A DNA stretch of 64,000 nucleotides from Hormiphora californensis. Taxonomy: Eukaryota; Animalia; Ctenophora. The notes beneath the pieces were generated by a model. That model searched no databases and was not told where the DNA came from. It saw only the letters and a program-made list of their open reading frames with translations. The DNA is taken from assembly GCA_020137815.1 (NCBI GenBank), contig CM035356.1, forward strand, positions 2,294,001 through 2,358,000, written 5' to 3'. The position numbers and the translations under genes are program-made. Positions within the stretch are counted from its first letter, which is position 1. Each line of letters starts with the position of its first letter. Positions 45,824 through 59,313 of the stretch are shown piece after piece.

Positions 45824-48417
45824 CTGAGTAGAGAGACACAATGTTAGTTGAGTTACCATGGTAACACGAGAGACACTGTTATCCAAGTTACCATAGTAAC
45901 CTGGCACTTGCTCAACCCTCATGCTCACCACGGGAGGGTTAGAACATAACACCATGGCAGATGGCACCCCACTGCATTTATATCCCATCAGAATCAAGCT
46001 ATGGTTAGCTATGCAAAATTAAAATACCCTAACCATTATAATATGTACACTGTATGGGGTCGGGGTATTGTCATAGATTTTTTCTGAGGTAGTAAGCTTT
46101 TACCTACAGTGTTATTTTGGGGCAGGTTCAATCACCCCTCTTACGGGGATCTTTTCAACGGGGGGCCCACATGTTTTGTGAATACTGAAAGGGGGACAGC
46201 AGGGGGTTAGAGTTTGTTGAGTAACAAGTTAGAGTAGAGTTAAGGGTTAGAGTTACTAAAATCATTACTACAATTCGTGCTTACTCCCCGCTATGCATTA
46301 TGAAACAAAAAAACCGAAAACCAGCATTTTAGCGCCCCCCCCTTAAAAATTTCCCAAAAAAACTAGTGCCCAATCAAAATGACAAAAGAATCCCCAAAAC
46401 CGCTGAGCCTTTGTCGCTCTCTAATGTATTTCAGACGGTTGTCAGTACTGTAGTTATAGGCTCCCCTGATTTATAATAGTCTAGTCATTATGGACTGTCC
46501 AGACGCAGTTGATTTCGAGAGGTTAACCCCGCAGCCACCGTGTTCCTACGCCACCACCAAAGCCCTCTAGGTCTATCGGAACCGCGAATTGACAGGAGGA
46601 ATTATAAGGGTGCACCGGAGTGCAAAGTTTCCGTTTTATTCTTCTCTCTTCTCTCCTCCTCTCTCCTCCCCCCTCCATCTCCCCTCTCTCTCTCTTCTCC
46701 TCCCCTCCCTCTCCTCCCTCTCTCTCCCTCATTAAAAGCCTCGGTCCCCAAAAAATCATTTGCACCACTGATATTACTGTCAAAGTTTTAAACATCTCGG
46801 GACCTCTCCCCCCTTCCCTTTGCTATTATTTTTACATTTACCTTTTTTCGCCCATTTTCCCTTTAATCTACTTTCTAAGCTTCTTCGTTCTTTATTGGAC
46901 GTATTACAACATTATAATGAATTCCCCTCCCTGGTTATAAACCCCCCTCTCATCCCCGCTTCATCCCCCAAAAAACCCTCTGGGGAAGTACTGAAATCAA
47001 GGGGTGCAATTTGTGTGCACGTAAGGATTCCTTCTCCTCTTTTCTCTCTCTTTTTTTCCCCTCATCTCTCTCTATCCTCTCTCCCCTCTCTCTCCTCCCC
47101 CTCTCTCTCCCCTCCTCTCTTCTCTCCTCTCTCTCCTCTCTCTCCTTTCTCTCTCTCCTCTCTCTCCTCTCCCCTTCTCTCCCTCTCTCTCTTTTTTTGC
47201 TCTTTTCTCTCTCCCCTTCCTTGTTTTAAACTTTTTTTTTTAAATCGTCTTCCAGTAAGTGCAATAAGGTTTTAAAGACACTTATGAACTGAAATCTGAA
47301 TACAGATTAAAAAGAGCAACAGATAATATATAAGTGTATGTGAAAGCATTTATCGCGCTAAAGTCTTAAAAAGTCTACTAGAGAGTCGATATACATCTTA
47401 CCCCCCCCATGTTTAGTTGTTCAAGGGCTTTGTGGCGTCGAGGGGACCTGAAAACAGTAGAAATATCATGCCAGAGACATGTAATTTATGTATCTTTATC
47501 TATGTTTCCATTTCACTTACAACACAAAAACCTAACTAAATTTTTTTGACTTGGGGTAAAACCATGGGTGTCAAAAGTTAGCTCTAGGTCTCCTGAGTAA
47601 CCATCCGGAGACTCTAAGCGAATTTCCGGCTCGTTACGCGCAAATGCTTTTCCCGGTAGAGGAATTATTGGATGTGTTGTCGCGTGAAAATTGCTTCGCG
47701 CCAAGACCACTAACGAGGTGTCATCGCGCGCACCTCTAAAAGACGAATGAGTTGCGTGTGACAAGGGAGTGTGCAGGGCGTGACTGTCACGCCCCCTTAC
47801 ATATTACTCAATTTAAATGTTACAAAGAGCCTATGATGAGGTATCACATGGCTCTCAGTCAGTGAATCTCATTAACATATGTGAGACATGATACCTCATC
47901 AGGATATAGTCCGTGGCTTTAATTAGATTGGTCACGAGAACCGTTACACATACCGCGTTAGAGGTGGTACATTAGCAGTGTAGTAGTAGGAAAAGCTTGG
48001 TATAGTGATACCCTCCTCATTTAACGTTACTCTCCCTATATCCCAGGTCAGTATTCCATGAAGCACTCGGTATTTCGCGGGAACATCAACATAACAGGGC
48101 CGGCTTATCAATTCAATGCTTCCAAAACACCTGAGATAGTGATCAATGTGAGTTACTTATTTTATGTACTAAAACAGCTCATAACATAACATGAACAACT
48201 ATTCGAGTGAAACTCATTAAAATTACCTTAGTCGTGGACATTTCAGCAAGGAGTTTTATCCATATTCAACAGAGAGTGTCAATCAGAGAGTGTCAATTTC
48301 ATTTCACTGGTATTGTTCTTTTAATTTGTGTACTACCATGATGCTATTACATGAATTGTTGTTACATGAATTATTACACGAGAGACATTCATTTACAATG
48401 GAGGAACAAGGACGGTA

Positions 48418-48607
48418 CAGTCGGACCCCGATTTAGTGGCAGGATAATCTTCCCCCGATTGCCTAGCTAGACTGTGTTTTACAAGTGTAAAGGGAGGGTT
48501 AGAACATAACAACCCCCGATATAGGAAATTAACCCCGATTTAGTGGACACCCCGATTTAGGGGCCAAAACCCTTCCCCGAGGATGCCATTAAATCGGGGT
48601 CCGACTG
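48418..48607. mobile_element. MITE family B short copy inside the Academ element
   Basis: TA|CAGTCGGACCCCG...CGGGGTCCGACTG|TA. Confidence 0.85.
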
Positions 48608-48682
48608 TAGTTATATTAGAAATCGTGTAGAAATAGTATATTATCAAACGGTGGGGAGATCTCAAGAGATCTCAAATGAAAT

Positions 48683-49827
48683 TTATTGTGATGATGGCAA
48701 CGATATAACTGGAGATGGCGGGGAGACTGGAGATGGCAGGGAGACTGGAGATGGCGGGGAGGCTGGAGATGGCGGGGAGGAGGCCTGGTAATTTCGCTCC
48801 GCCTTGACCACTGAAATGGTAAGAGCTTTTTGGAATCATTTCAAAAATGAGAGCGACAGAGAGGGATGGATTTAGGCGCCGGCAGGCACCTCCGACAATT
48901 TCAGGCAGCGATCATCTACTCCATCTTTCAGCTACCCTACCCCTCATCTACTCCATCTTTCAGCTACCCTACCCCTCATCTACTCCATCTTTCAGCTACC
49001 CTACCCCTCATCTACTCCATCTTTCAGCTACCCTACCCCTCATCTACTCCATCTTTCAGCTACCCTACCCCTCATCTACTCCATCTTTCAGCTACCCTAC
49101 CCCTCATCTACTCCATCTTTCAGCTACCCTACCCCTCATCTACTCCATCTTTCAGCTACCCTACCTCTCATCTACTCCATCTCTCAGCTTCCCTACCTCT
49201 CATTTACTCCATCTCTCAGCTACCCTACCCCTCATCTACTCCATCTCTCAGCTACCCTACCTCTCATTTACTCCATCTCTCAGCTACCCTACCCCTCATC
49301 TACTCCATCTCTCAGCTACCCTACCTCTCATTTACTCCATCTCTCAGCTACCCTACCCCTCATCTACTCCATCTCTCAGCTACCCTACCTCTCATTTACT
49401 CCATCTCTCAGCTACCCTACCTCCCATCTACTCCATCTCTCAGCTACCCTAGCTGAGATGGGGTCTAACTCTAGCCCCTGGTCAGCCAGGTCTAACTATA
49501 GCTTATTTCAGGTGGGGTGAGATGGGGTCTAACTCTAGCCCCTGGTCAGCCAGGTCTAACTATAGCTTATTTCAGGTGGGGTGAGATGGGGTCTAACTCT
49601 AGCCCCTGGTCAGCCACCTGTAACTCTAGCTCATTTCAGGTCGGGTGAGATGGGATCTAACTCTAGCCCCTGGTCAGTTGCTGACCAGGGGCTAGAGTTA
49701 GACCCCATCTGGAGATTTGGGAAAGATCTCTCTAGTTGAGGGTGTTCGGTGACAGATCTGCGTGTAACCTCTGCGGAATCGGACGAGGGGAAGCTTGCCT
49801 TTTGCGAACATAGAGATAGAGAGAGAT

Positions 49828-49876
<49 letters not shown>

Positions 49877-51717
49877 GGGAGGGGGAGAGAGACAAATAAA
49901 GAGAGAGGCCCCTCACTTTGTTTTGGTGAGTAGGTATCGTCACCGTCACTCTCCGTCCTAACTCCTGAAATGGAAAGAGCTTTTTGGAATCATTTCAGTA
50001 TCACCCACAGTAGGGGAAGAGGGGCAGGGTACGCCATGGCCCAAGTACTGTGTGATTTTAAATGACTGGGACTGGAATATTGCAAATTGCGTGAAAATTA
50101 TAGCATCTTTCGACTTCAAATTTTGGGACATGATAAAACTAGGTTGTAGCAATTTTCTCCTAGTTTTACAGCAAATTTCAATGTTCCTGAATGAATCTAT
50201 TGCCCAAAAACCTCCTCCAACTTTACACAGTCATATCTCTGGAGTCTAATGAGATAAAGAGTTCAAATTTTTAGGAGAGACAGATAAGACAATTTCGAAT
50301 GTTTTGTCTGCTTTACGAGTTGCTACAATTTACCATTTGTTCACAGGAACTGTTTAAAGTGATGTAAGACGCTCTAATTAGGCCAAATTTAGGTCATTTT
50401 ACCCCTCAAAGATCACATGTCCAGCTGCATCTAGTGGGCTAATGAGGCCTTGAACACGCATACGTCACGTGTTACTACAGGGCTACAGATCTCCTTTTCC
50501 ATCTTGAACCAGCAGACATGTTCATGGCGTCTGGAAGTGATAACAAGCTGTAGAAAACCAGACAGACTAGATGCTCTCTACTTCAACGTATCACTCTCTC
50601 CCTTTCTCGTTATAAGGTCACGTGACTGGAATTGGGATCTCGACATGGGAGAGAGAGAGAGAGAGAGAGAGAGAGTGTGTGAGAGAGAACGCTTTGTAGA
50701 CACTGTGATCATGTCGAGATCCCAATTCCAGTCACGTGACCTTATAACGAGAAAGGGAGAGAGTGATACGTTGAAGTAGAGAGCATCCAGTCTGTCTGGT
50801 TTTCTACAGTTTGTTACCACTTCCAGACACCATGATCATGTCTGCTGGTTCAGGATGGAGAAGGAGAGCTGTAGCCCTGTAGTAACACGTGACGTATGCG
50901 TGTTCAAGGCCTCATTAGCCCACTAGATGCAGCTGGATGGAGACTGTGAACATAGTTACAGTGAGGAAGGGTAGAATATTGCACGTGCAACTCTTACTGT
51001 CTTCACTTCACTCTGATTTTGTTTCCTCCTATCCCGACTCCACCCCACAGCGCCACCATCTGTACCATCACCCACCAAAAACCAAGGATCAAGCCCCTAT
51101 TGTGTAATGTGTATACCCGTAAACCAAGTACAAGGCAGTAAAGAACTTCTAACCTCTAACAGGACCCCATATTTCCACCCACCACCCACCACAGCACAGG
51201 TATAACTGAGTCGGCGGTGTTAGTGCTATACGTCTCATAATCGTCCACACAGGGGTCAGGGACATGGAATGAAATATATTTGCCATCACCCCAATTACTA
51301 GACACCAGTTTATTGGATATACATACTTACGAGCACTGGAAAACATAGTTCCGACTTGGAAAGACTCTTCCGTTTTCTCCGGTAGATTTTCCGTTGTATC
51401 TTCGCTTCTTTCTTCTGTGTCCTCCTCGTCCATTATCTCATCATACAAATATTTAATCTTCTTAATCTTCTTTCGTAAATTTTCGTATTTCACCTCCAAT
51501 TTCCGTGTCCTCTTCTTCCACTCCATAGCGGTCTTTTCCAGTTCAATCTCCCTTTTTTCTCCCTCTTCCAATTTCCGTAATAATTCCAGATTATCACCCT
51601 AAATAGATTGACGTTAACAGTTAACCTACAGTATTCATTACCAACTACAAATACCTAGTTCTTAAAATTTACCTCAATTTTATTCATGTGATTCATCGCC
51701 TCACGCAGTGGTTCCAT
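48683..51717 (-). CDS. Second Academ-internal gene: small coiled-coil/acidic protein (~162 aa), divergent from the transposase
   Basis: Exons 51673-51717 (MEPLREAMNHMNKIE), 51331-51598 (coiled coil + acidic region), 49917-49964 and 48683-48810 (SPPSPV repeats; stop overlaps AATAAA) are phase-consistent. The last two exons are less certain. Confidence 0.6.
48913..49710. repeat. 32-bp minisatellite (same family as the 24.9-27.1 kb arrays) followed by ~4 copies of a 64-bp unit ending in an inverted partial copy
   Basis: CTACTCCATCTYTCAGCTACCCTACCCCTCAT x~17, then TGAGATGGGGTCTAACTCTAGCCCCTGGTCAGCC.. units, then the inverted CTGACCAGGGGCTAGAGTTAGACCCCATCT at 49681-49710. Confidence 0.9.
50420..50937. 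mobile_element. Palindromic MITE-like insert (~225-bp arms, GA-rich loop) inside Academ
   Basis: TCCAGCTGCATCTAGTGGGC...GCCCACTAGATGCAGCTGGA. Confidence 0.8.
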
Positions 51718-51991
51718 TCTGCAGAATCAAAGTAAATTTTTGAAATGTTAAATGGCCCAATTTTGAAATTTGGCCACAAGCTGAAATTTTTTAACAAGTC
51801 TTTTTTAGTTTTAATCAGGCAGCGCCGCAATTCAATTAGGATCATGCGCGCAGCGCGATTTTCATTTAATGCACTTTTAGATTATGCAAAAATCCGATGA
51901 ACTAACTTTTGAACCATTTTTTGTGAACGAAAACTTGTTGAATGTCAAGGCATAATGAAATAACAGAAAATCAACTTCGTTCTACTTCATC

Positions 51992-53312
51992 ATGCATTGT
52001 ATTGTTTGCCGTTTAAAGGATCTCAAGGTTTGCTTATATTACTTTTCTGTGTCTCGATCATTTCAGGTTTTAACACGGATAACCTGGACAGGATTCGAAA
52101 TCAGCCCATTTCCTAAACCGATTTGCTATATCGCTAGAAAATTCAAGGTTTAACTTTAGTCTGTTGTTTAATGGTTAACCATGATTACAAATGCCAAATT
52201 TGATATGAGTACTGATACCTTTTCTCATCATCAGGGCGGTGGACGACAAGCAGCAACAGCAACGACATCAACCCCCAAAAAAAGCCATCTGCAAAAGATT
52301 ACGGACAAGGCATTCGGTAATCTTGCCAACGCGTTGCTAGGGGGTGAGCATCGAAAGTTTTTTGAGGATCATTTCACGAGAGAAGAGTACCCTGAAGGGG
52401 TATGTTTTAATCACTTGATTTACTTTTTCGCACAAAAGCAGAGGTACATCCACAAGAAATGTCGTAACAAACTCACCAAAACTGTTCTTCAATATGATGA
52501 TACAAGGGTTTTCCTCTGGGACCACCCGGACCGAAATTGGACTCATGGCGAGGGCCAGGAAGAATCTTTACCATCTTTGCCATCTGGGAGCGGTACCGTT
52601 GTCACTCTCTCCTGCGCTCCTGGGTCACCAGCCACGACTTGTCAATCTACATCTTTTCAACCTGCCACACCGGTCACGTCTTGTCAGCAACCTGCATCTT
52701 TTCCACCTACCACACCAGAGACTCAATCTCCAGCTGTTCGAACAGAGGATTCCTATTTCCCTAGGGACGGAGGTGCCCTAGTAGAACTTAAAGTGGTTAG
52801 ACGGGAGATGATCGCGGCAAATGACAGTCCCTACCAAGGTGACATTTCAAATTTTGATTCAGTAGCTCCAACCTCACTACTTCGAGCGATGTGTTTTCTA
52901 CTTACGGGTGAAACAGCTAGATATCAGGAGAGGAGATTCCGTGCACTAGGAGACATTATGATGAACCACGTTATAACCAGATCATCAGCAGAACCTAGAG
53001 TAAGTTACCATCTCGAAATATGTGTGGATTTCATTACCCCCCCCCCCCCCCCCCCCCCATAACTCATATATATACAGACCATTTTGTAATTTAATCATTT
53101 TACCAGGAATCTTTCCGGCTTGAACGGGAAAGAGATACGCCAACACTGGTGTACAATTCGCTTAAGGTGTATAATGCCACGCACCAACGGGCCCCATTGG
53201 ATACTATGTATAGGAGCCTTTCTGTAAGTATTATAGCATTACTCCACGCTTCCTCCCTCTCACTCTCCATCCAGGCCATCATTCTGTTTCTTTGAATCAA
53301 ATCAATCTCTCT

Positions 53313-53361
<49 letters not shown>

Positions 53362-56300
53362 TCTCTCTCTCTCTAGACTACCTCTCTCTATCTCTCTCTT
53401 CCTCTCTGTCTCTATTTCTCCTGTATTTTGACGTGGATTTATGTTGCAGACTCTTAGCTACGAAAGAACACGGAAGATTTTTGTTTCGATGGCCGACCGA
53501 ATTCTCCGCCAGTATAAATCAGATGGAGAGGCATTTCAAGCTACACCTGAAGATGCATCTGACGATACTGCCTACTGCTACCTACAGGTACCCTTCAATG
53601 CTCCACATGATGTCTTCGTGGTGTTCCGGCACGACAATATTGATCGGAATGCCAGAGATCTTCTAGGAACTACTCATTTCCACGGCACCTCAATCAGTGT
53701 GGAATACTTCCCTACACCAGGTAAAATATACACATTAGCATGTAACAAGTAGCATGTGCCATAAAATACGCCCACCACTAACATATGTAATGCCATTCAC
53801 ACTTGATGGTTACAACTTATAATATATTATTTGCCAGGGTGATGGATTGTTTGAAATCAAAATACGTGACCTATGAATTAATACAAACTATTCCTTCCAG
53901 AAAACCCAGGGAGAGAACGGGAACATGTCGCCTACAAGGAGGTAGACAAGCTGTCCCTGTCAGCCCCAGACCTCTGTATCGAGGTAGATGACACTTTCTT
54001 CATCCCCAAAGCTGCTGTTGATCTAGTCACTCGATTTGAGTACCTCCCCATTGACGCTAATCTGGTAAATATTAGAAAAATTTGAATACCCCCACCCCAC
54101 TAAACTGGAAGTAATATATTCGGTGTGTTCTGTGTATTTGCAATACAAGTAACAAATCATATCGATAGGTATCTGACTGTTTAAAAGAACAGTTTAACTG
54201 GTTGAATGATGAAAGGGTACTTCCATGGGGAGTTTATCACAGCCGGTACCAGGAAGAGACATTGCCATCAGTGACAGATGCACTACCTGTTATTGACAAG
54301 AAATCAGATGACCCTGCAACTGTACTGCACTGTCTTAACATAGCAATGTAAGGAAGGGAGGGAGGGAGCTAGAGAGGGAGGTAGAGAGTGACGGGGAAGT
54401 GACGGGAAGGGGGCTTAATTATAAAGATGCAAATACGTGTCCTATTCACAAATGCATATCCTATCCACACGTTCAAATAGAGGGGGTTGCCACGGGGTGC
54501 CCTAGCTGGGTATGGTAGGTTGCACGTGCAGGTTGGTGCAGGGGGTGAGAGGGGTGCTTCTGGTGAGGGAGAGTGTGGGTATTCGGGTCAACGAGTGCTC
54601 TACTTCAATAATACATATCAAAAGTGCTATAAATTGAACATTTCAGACGGGGAACCAAGTTTTTGAACCCGGGTCAAGTTGCTGTGGATGTGGCAGATCA
54701 ACCAATCTACAAACAGGCTAAAAGAATACAAATGGCCATGGCAGATAAGGGATATGGAAAGCAGATTGTCTTTCTTATTTTAGGACCATTCCACATAGAG
54801 AAGGTAAACTCGAAAAAATTAGTAAATATTTATTTCGTTGAATGATTGACAGTCTATTTTTTGCATTAGTGGAAATCATACATACATACATAATGAGCGT
54901 TAACTTGTTTTTTAGGTGACATTGGATATGGGGGTACTTCTTGTGGGAAATGTCGGATTGTCTGAGTTATTAGACAAGACAAAGATGAGTGTGGCCGGGG
55001 CTGGTGAAGCTGTGAAAGGGACAGGAAACCAGCTGAGGACGTTATACATCTTCCAGGTTTTTCTGTACGTGCTTCACCAGTTTAAATCGGAGTGTACGAG
55101 TCCTTCAACGGAATCACCTGCCTACCGATTTTGGGATACAGTTTACCGGTATCTCATGTTGCTGTTGGGGCTACACTACGCAACCAGGGCTCGGAACTTT
55201 TCAATGTACGAGGCCCTGCTAGAGACAATGCTGCCCTTCTTTTTCTCACTCGACAGAATGAATTACCAGGTAACAAAAAACATAATATACTGAATGTGTA
55301 GGGATATATATATTATATGTATGTTATTTTCATTGCTTATATAAAACATACACGTACTTATTACATACTTGCCTACTTGAAAACAAGTTATATTTTTTGG
55401 CTTTAACCCCCATTTTTTTCCTGTTATCCAGGTGTGGCTTACAGTATTCCTAGACGATCTACGCCAACTACATGCAGAGAACCCGGCACTAAGGGAGAAA
55501 TTCGAGTCTGGGTGTTTCTTTTCGTGCGAGTCAGGGCGACCTTTTAGTTCTGTTGCACTTGACCAGTCCCATGAGTTTGTCAACCGACGACTGAAAAACT
55601 GCATGGCACCACTCGGATCAGATGATAGTTTAGCGTACAACTTAGCTGGCCCCCAGATCTCCCGAGAATGCAGTGCATATGAGGAAATGTCTGACCTTCG
55701 ACCTGCAGGGGAACCCAGTAATGAGAGACATGATGACAACGCTGGTACCATTCTTCGTTTTTCGGAAGATGTGAGGAACCTGAAAGCAGCAATGTCAGCG
55801 AATCCGTTTACTACAGGGTCTGTATGTTATCTAAACAATGGTTCTGAAGTGCCACGTTCTGACGAGATGGTTTCGGGAATTGAGAAGATGGAAGAGGACG
55901 GGAGGAAAGCAGCAACCAAGTTCAGGGAGGAACGACTCTTCACATCAACGGTTCCTGTAACAGCTACAGTACACAAGGTGAACCTGCTGATGGCAGGAGA
56001 AGAGGATGTCACCGCAAGAAAGGAGGGGAAGAAGGCTGAAAAAGTGGCAGTTGACATTTTGGGGAAACTGGCCAAAGTGGCTCCTTTAAGACCACAGCTG
56101 GTGATGACCGCCCTCCAATACGATATTGATAACGTGGCACATGTCTTTGTCAATGGAGGTCAACTGCATCAACCACCCAAGTCTGCACTTCTCACACTTG
56201 CCAAAGAATTTGTGTTTCTTGGACAGAAGAGCGGATCCGGAGCTGCTATTGCTGATCTTTCTGTTGTTGTGACCCAGTTGGGGGCAAACAGCAAAGCGTC

Positions 56301-58064
56301 CACCTTCACCACCTTCTTCAGCTCGGTCTGGGCTGAATTAAACTCAATTGGTAAATTCCCAATTATTTTTAATACTCTATTTTAGTATTATTGACAACAT
56401 ATTATACGGGTTTCAATAATTTATTTGCATTTAAAGTTGTAATTAATGAATGAAACCCTTTCTCAGATCGGCGTGCTCGACGGCTGGACATTGTTGGGGA
56501 TAATTATAGGGACCACCACATCCTTAAGGAGAGTGTTAGGTAAGAACAAATAGTTAATTTAGTTCGAACACTGTATTCAAGATTAAGAAGTTCCGTGTCA
56601 GAGTTTTGATATCATTTCTGGGCTGTACAAATGAACCAGACGGGTTATCCAATCACCCGATTGTCAAATGCATAAAACCACATACTTTTGTAGGACAGAG
56701 CGAGGTTCAGGGACAGAGATCAATTTCAACGGGAGAACACAGTTCCCTAAGAACTTCATCGGTGATTTCCTGCGGAACAACAACAACAAAAATAAGTTGT
56801 ACGACCTGATGGCCCCTTACTTTATGCAGCGGGCACAGGACAACGATTTGAAAATTGCTGTGACCCATGGAAGGTGCGTATTATTACTTTCATCAATCAC
56901 AGCGTAAAACTATTTATTGAGTATGTGACAGTGAATTGTATGAGACAAGTTCTTTAAATACACTATTTCAACGGGTGAATTGTCTCGGATTCGCTGAAAA
57001 ACTGCCGTGCATTTATTTGATTCAATGCTGATGATTAATTACAACACAGGAAAGTGTCAAAGACGTGCAGGAGTGACCTCGAATCATCCACTCATCTGGA
57101 GGCAGATATAAGGATCGTCCAACACATCTTGGATCAAATGAGGCATGCCGATCCCCCCTTGGATTATATAACCGTAAGGTAAGATCGAGAAAAACCAACA
57201 TCAAAGACATGTAACTGTTTTTGTATTCAGACTAATATAAACTACCTATTCATTTACTCAACAGACTAATATAAACTACCTATTCATTTACTCAACAGAT
57301 CAAATGACACTGACGTGTTGGTGATTTTGCTGTCGTACATGGAGGAGCTAGAGAAAACGAGGCCGAGCTGCATCATTTACCTCGACACCGGTGTTGGTAA
57401 GGCAAGGTACACCATTGACCTGTCTACAATGTATCTGTCTTTGGGTAACATCCGGTGCAAAGCGCTTCGTTTTCTCCACGCTTTCACCGGATGCGACTTC
57501 ACTCCAGCATTTTTCGGCCAGGGAAAGCTAAAGGTGGTTAGGGCAGCATTTGAAGATCTTGATCTTTGCAAGGTCATGGCCACTTTAGCTGTGGACATAT
57601 CAGTGTCGAGGGATCAGTTGAGGGCAGTCACAGACTTTGTTATGCGGCTGTACAAATATGATGGGTTAACTGCCACCGAGGCCCGGTTCCGTGCCCTTCC
57701 GTTGGCAACGCAGTGGAGGAAAATGCCACCGACGGAGGGGGCAATCCACTGCCAAGTTTGGAGGGCTACCTACATTGCAGCCTCCTTTTGGGGGAAAGGA
57801 TGCAACCCCGTCCCAACGATTCTCTCTCCAGCAGGGTTTGGGTGGAGTGTAAAGGACAACCAACTCAGTTTTGTGTGGAACAAGGACACAACCAGCAGCC
57901 CAGTGTACCAGCAGCCCATCACAAGCTGTGTGTGCCGGTCAGATGGGGGATGTAAACGGTGTAAGTGTGTGAAGATGAGAATGACATGCACCCCTCTCTG
58001 CAAGTGCAAATGTGCCCACGTGGCCAGTCTACTAGTTGATCAGGTGATTGCTGATATGGACTAG
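51992..58064 (+). CDS. Academ transposase + XPG/PIN-like nuclease + Cys8 zinc finger, 13-14 exons, ~1370-1400 aa
   Basis: Exons 51992-52027 (tentative), [52067-52147 optional], 52235-52999, 53107-53223, 53450-53720, 53901-54064, 54169-54347, 54647-54803, 54916-55269, 55432-56350, 56467-56539, 56694-56873, 57050-57178 and 57299-58064 keep frame with no stops. Motifs: HDNID, LNPGQ..DQPIY..AK.IQ, GPFHIE, DRMNY..WL, FSSVALDQSHE, HLEAD, SNDTDV, HAFTGCD, MPPT, and a C-terminal CxC..CxxCxC..CxxxCxC. Confidence 0.9.
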
Positions 58065-59313
58065 TACCAGACACCAGTAATATTGATTGCTGTTTATTTA
58101 TTCATTTTATTTGTTTACTTTTATGACTGTATGGGATGTGGTACAGTTCAGAACCCGGTGAACCCCTGTGTTTTGATATTTCTTTGGTGAGGAACCCGCA
58201 ATTCGAACCTATCACCCACCCACCTGCCTATAAGAACCCTCCGTCCCCATGTTCTATCATTTCTACACTATTTCTAACTACCTCCCTTGTTCCTCCAGCC
58301 CTGCCAATAAGATAATTTATATCTCGTGCAATAATTCATGTAACAACAATTCCTGTAATAGCATCATGGTAGTAAAAGAACAATACCAGTGAAATGAAAT
58401 TGGCTCTCTGTTGAATATGGATAAAACTCCTTGCTGAAATGTCCACGACTAAGGTAATTTTAATGAGTTTCACTCGAATAGTTGTTCATGTTATGTTATG
58501 AGCTGTTTTAGTACATAAAATAAGTAACTCACATTGATCACTATCTCAGGTGTTTTGGAAGCATTGAATTGATAAGCCGGCCCTGTTATGTTGATGTTCC
58601 CGCGAAATACCGAGTGCTTCATGGAATACTGACCTGGGATATAGGGAGAGTAACGTTAAATGAGGAGGGTATCACTATACCAAGCTTTTCCTACTACTAC
58701 ACTGCTAATGTACCACCTCTAACGCGGTATGTGTAACGGTTCTCGTGACCAATCTAATTAAAGCCACGGACTATATCCTGATGAGGTATCATGTCTCACA
58801 TATGTTAATGAGATTCACTGACTGAGAGCCATGTGATACCTCATCATAGGCTCTTTGTAACATATTAAATTGAGGTAATATGTAAGGGGGCGTGACAGTC
58901 ACGCCCTGCACACTCCCTTGTCACACGCAACTCATTCGTCTTTTAGAGGTGCGCGCGATGACACCTCGTTAGTGGTCTTGGCGCGAAGCAATTTTCACGC
59001 GACAACACATCCAAATAATTCCTCTACCGGGAAAAGCATTTGCGCGTAAACGAGCCGGAAATTCGCTTAGAGTCTCCGGATGGTTACTCAGGAGACCTAG
59101 AGCTAACTTTTGACACCCATGGTTTTACCCCAAGTCAAAAAAATTTAGTTAGGTTTTTGTTGTTGTAAGTGAAATGGAAACATAGATAAAGATACATAAA
59201 TTACAGTCTCTGGCATGATATTCTACTGTTTTCAGGTCCCCTCGACAGCCACAAAGCCCTGGAACAAAACCTGAAACATTCGGGGGGGTAAGATGTAATT
59301 ATCGACTCTACTA

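Larger units (their letters stand above)
47379..59313 (+). mobile_element. Full-length Academ DNA transposon (XPG-containing type), ~11.9 kb, ~1-kb TIRs
   Basis: TIRs at ~47379-48382 and ~58322-59313 with TAG...CTA termini, and an internal transposase gene. The TSD is ambiguous in this read. Confidence 0.9.

Noticed and set aside
46523-46600. AVPIDL peptide as a possible Meis upstream exon
   Set aside because: No canonical acceptor, only a 4-residue resemblance, and a noisy region.
48847-49456. ~200-aa repetitive ORFs
   Set aside because: Translation of the 32-bp minisatellite.
50997-51058. Additional exon for the Academ accessory gene
   Set aside because: It has AG/GT borders, but including it shifts the downstream exons into a less plausible frame; left unresolved.
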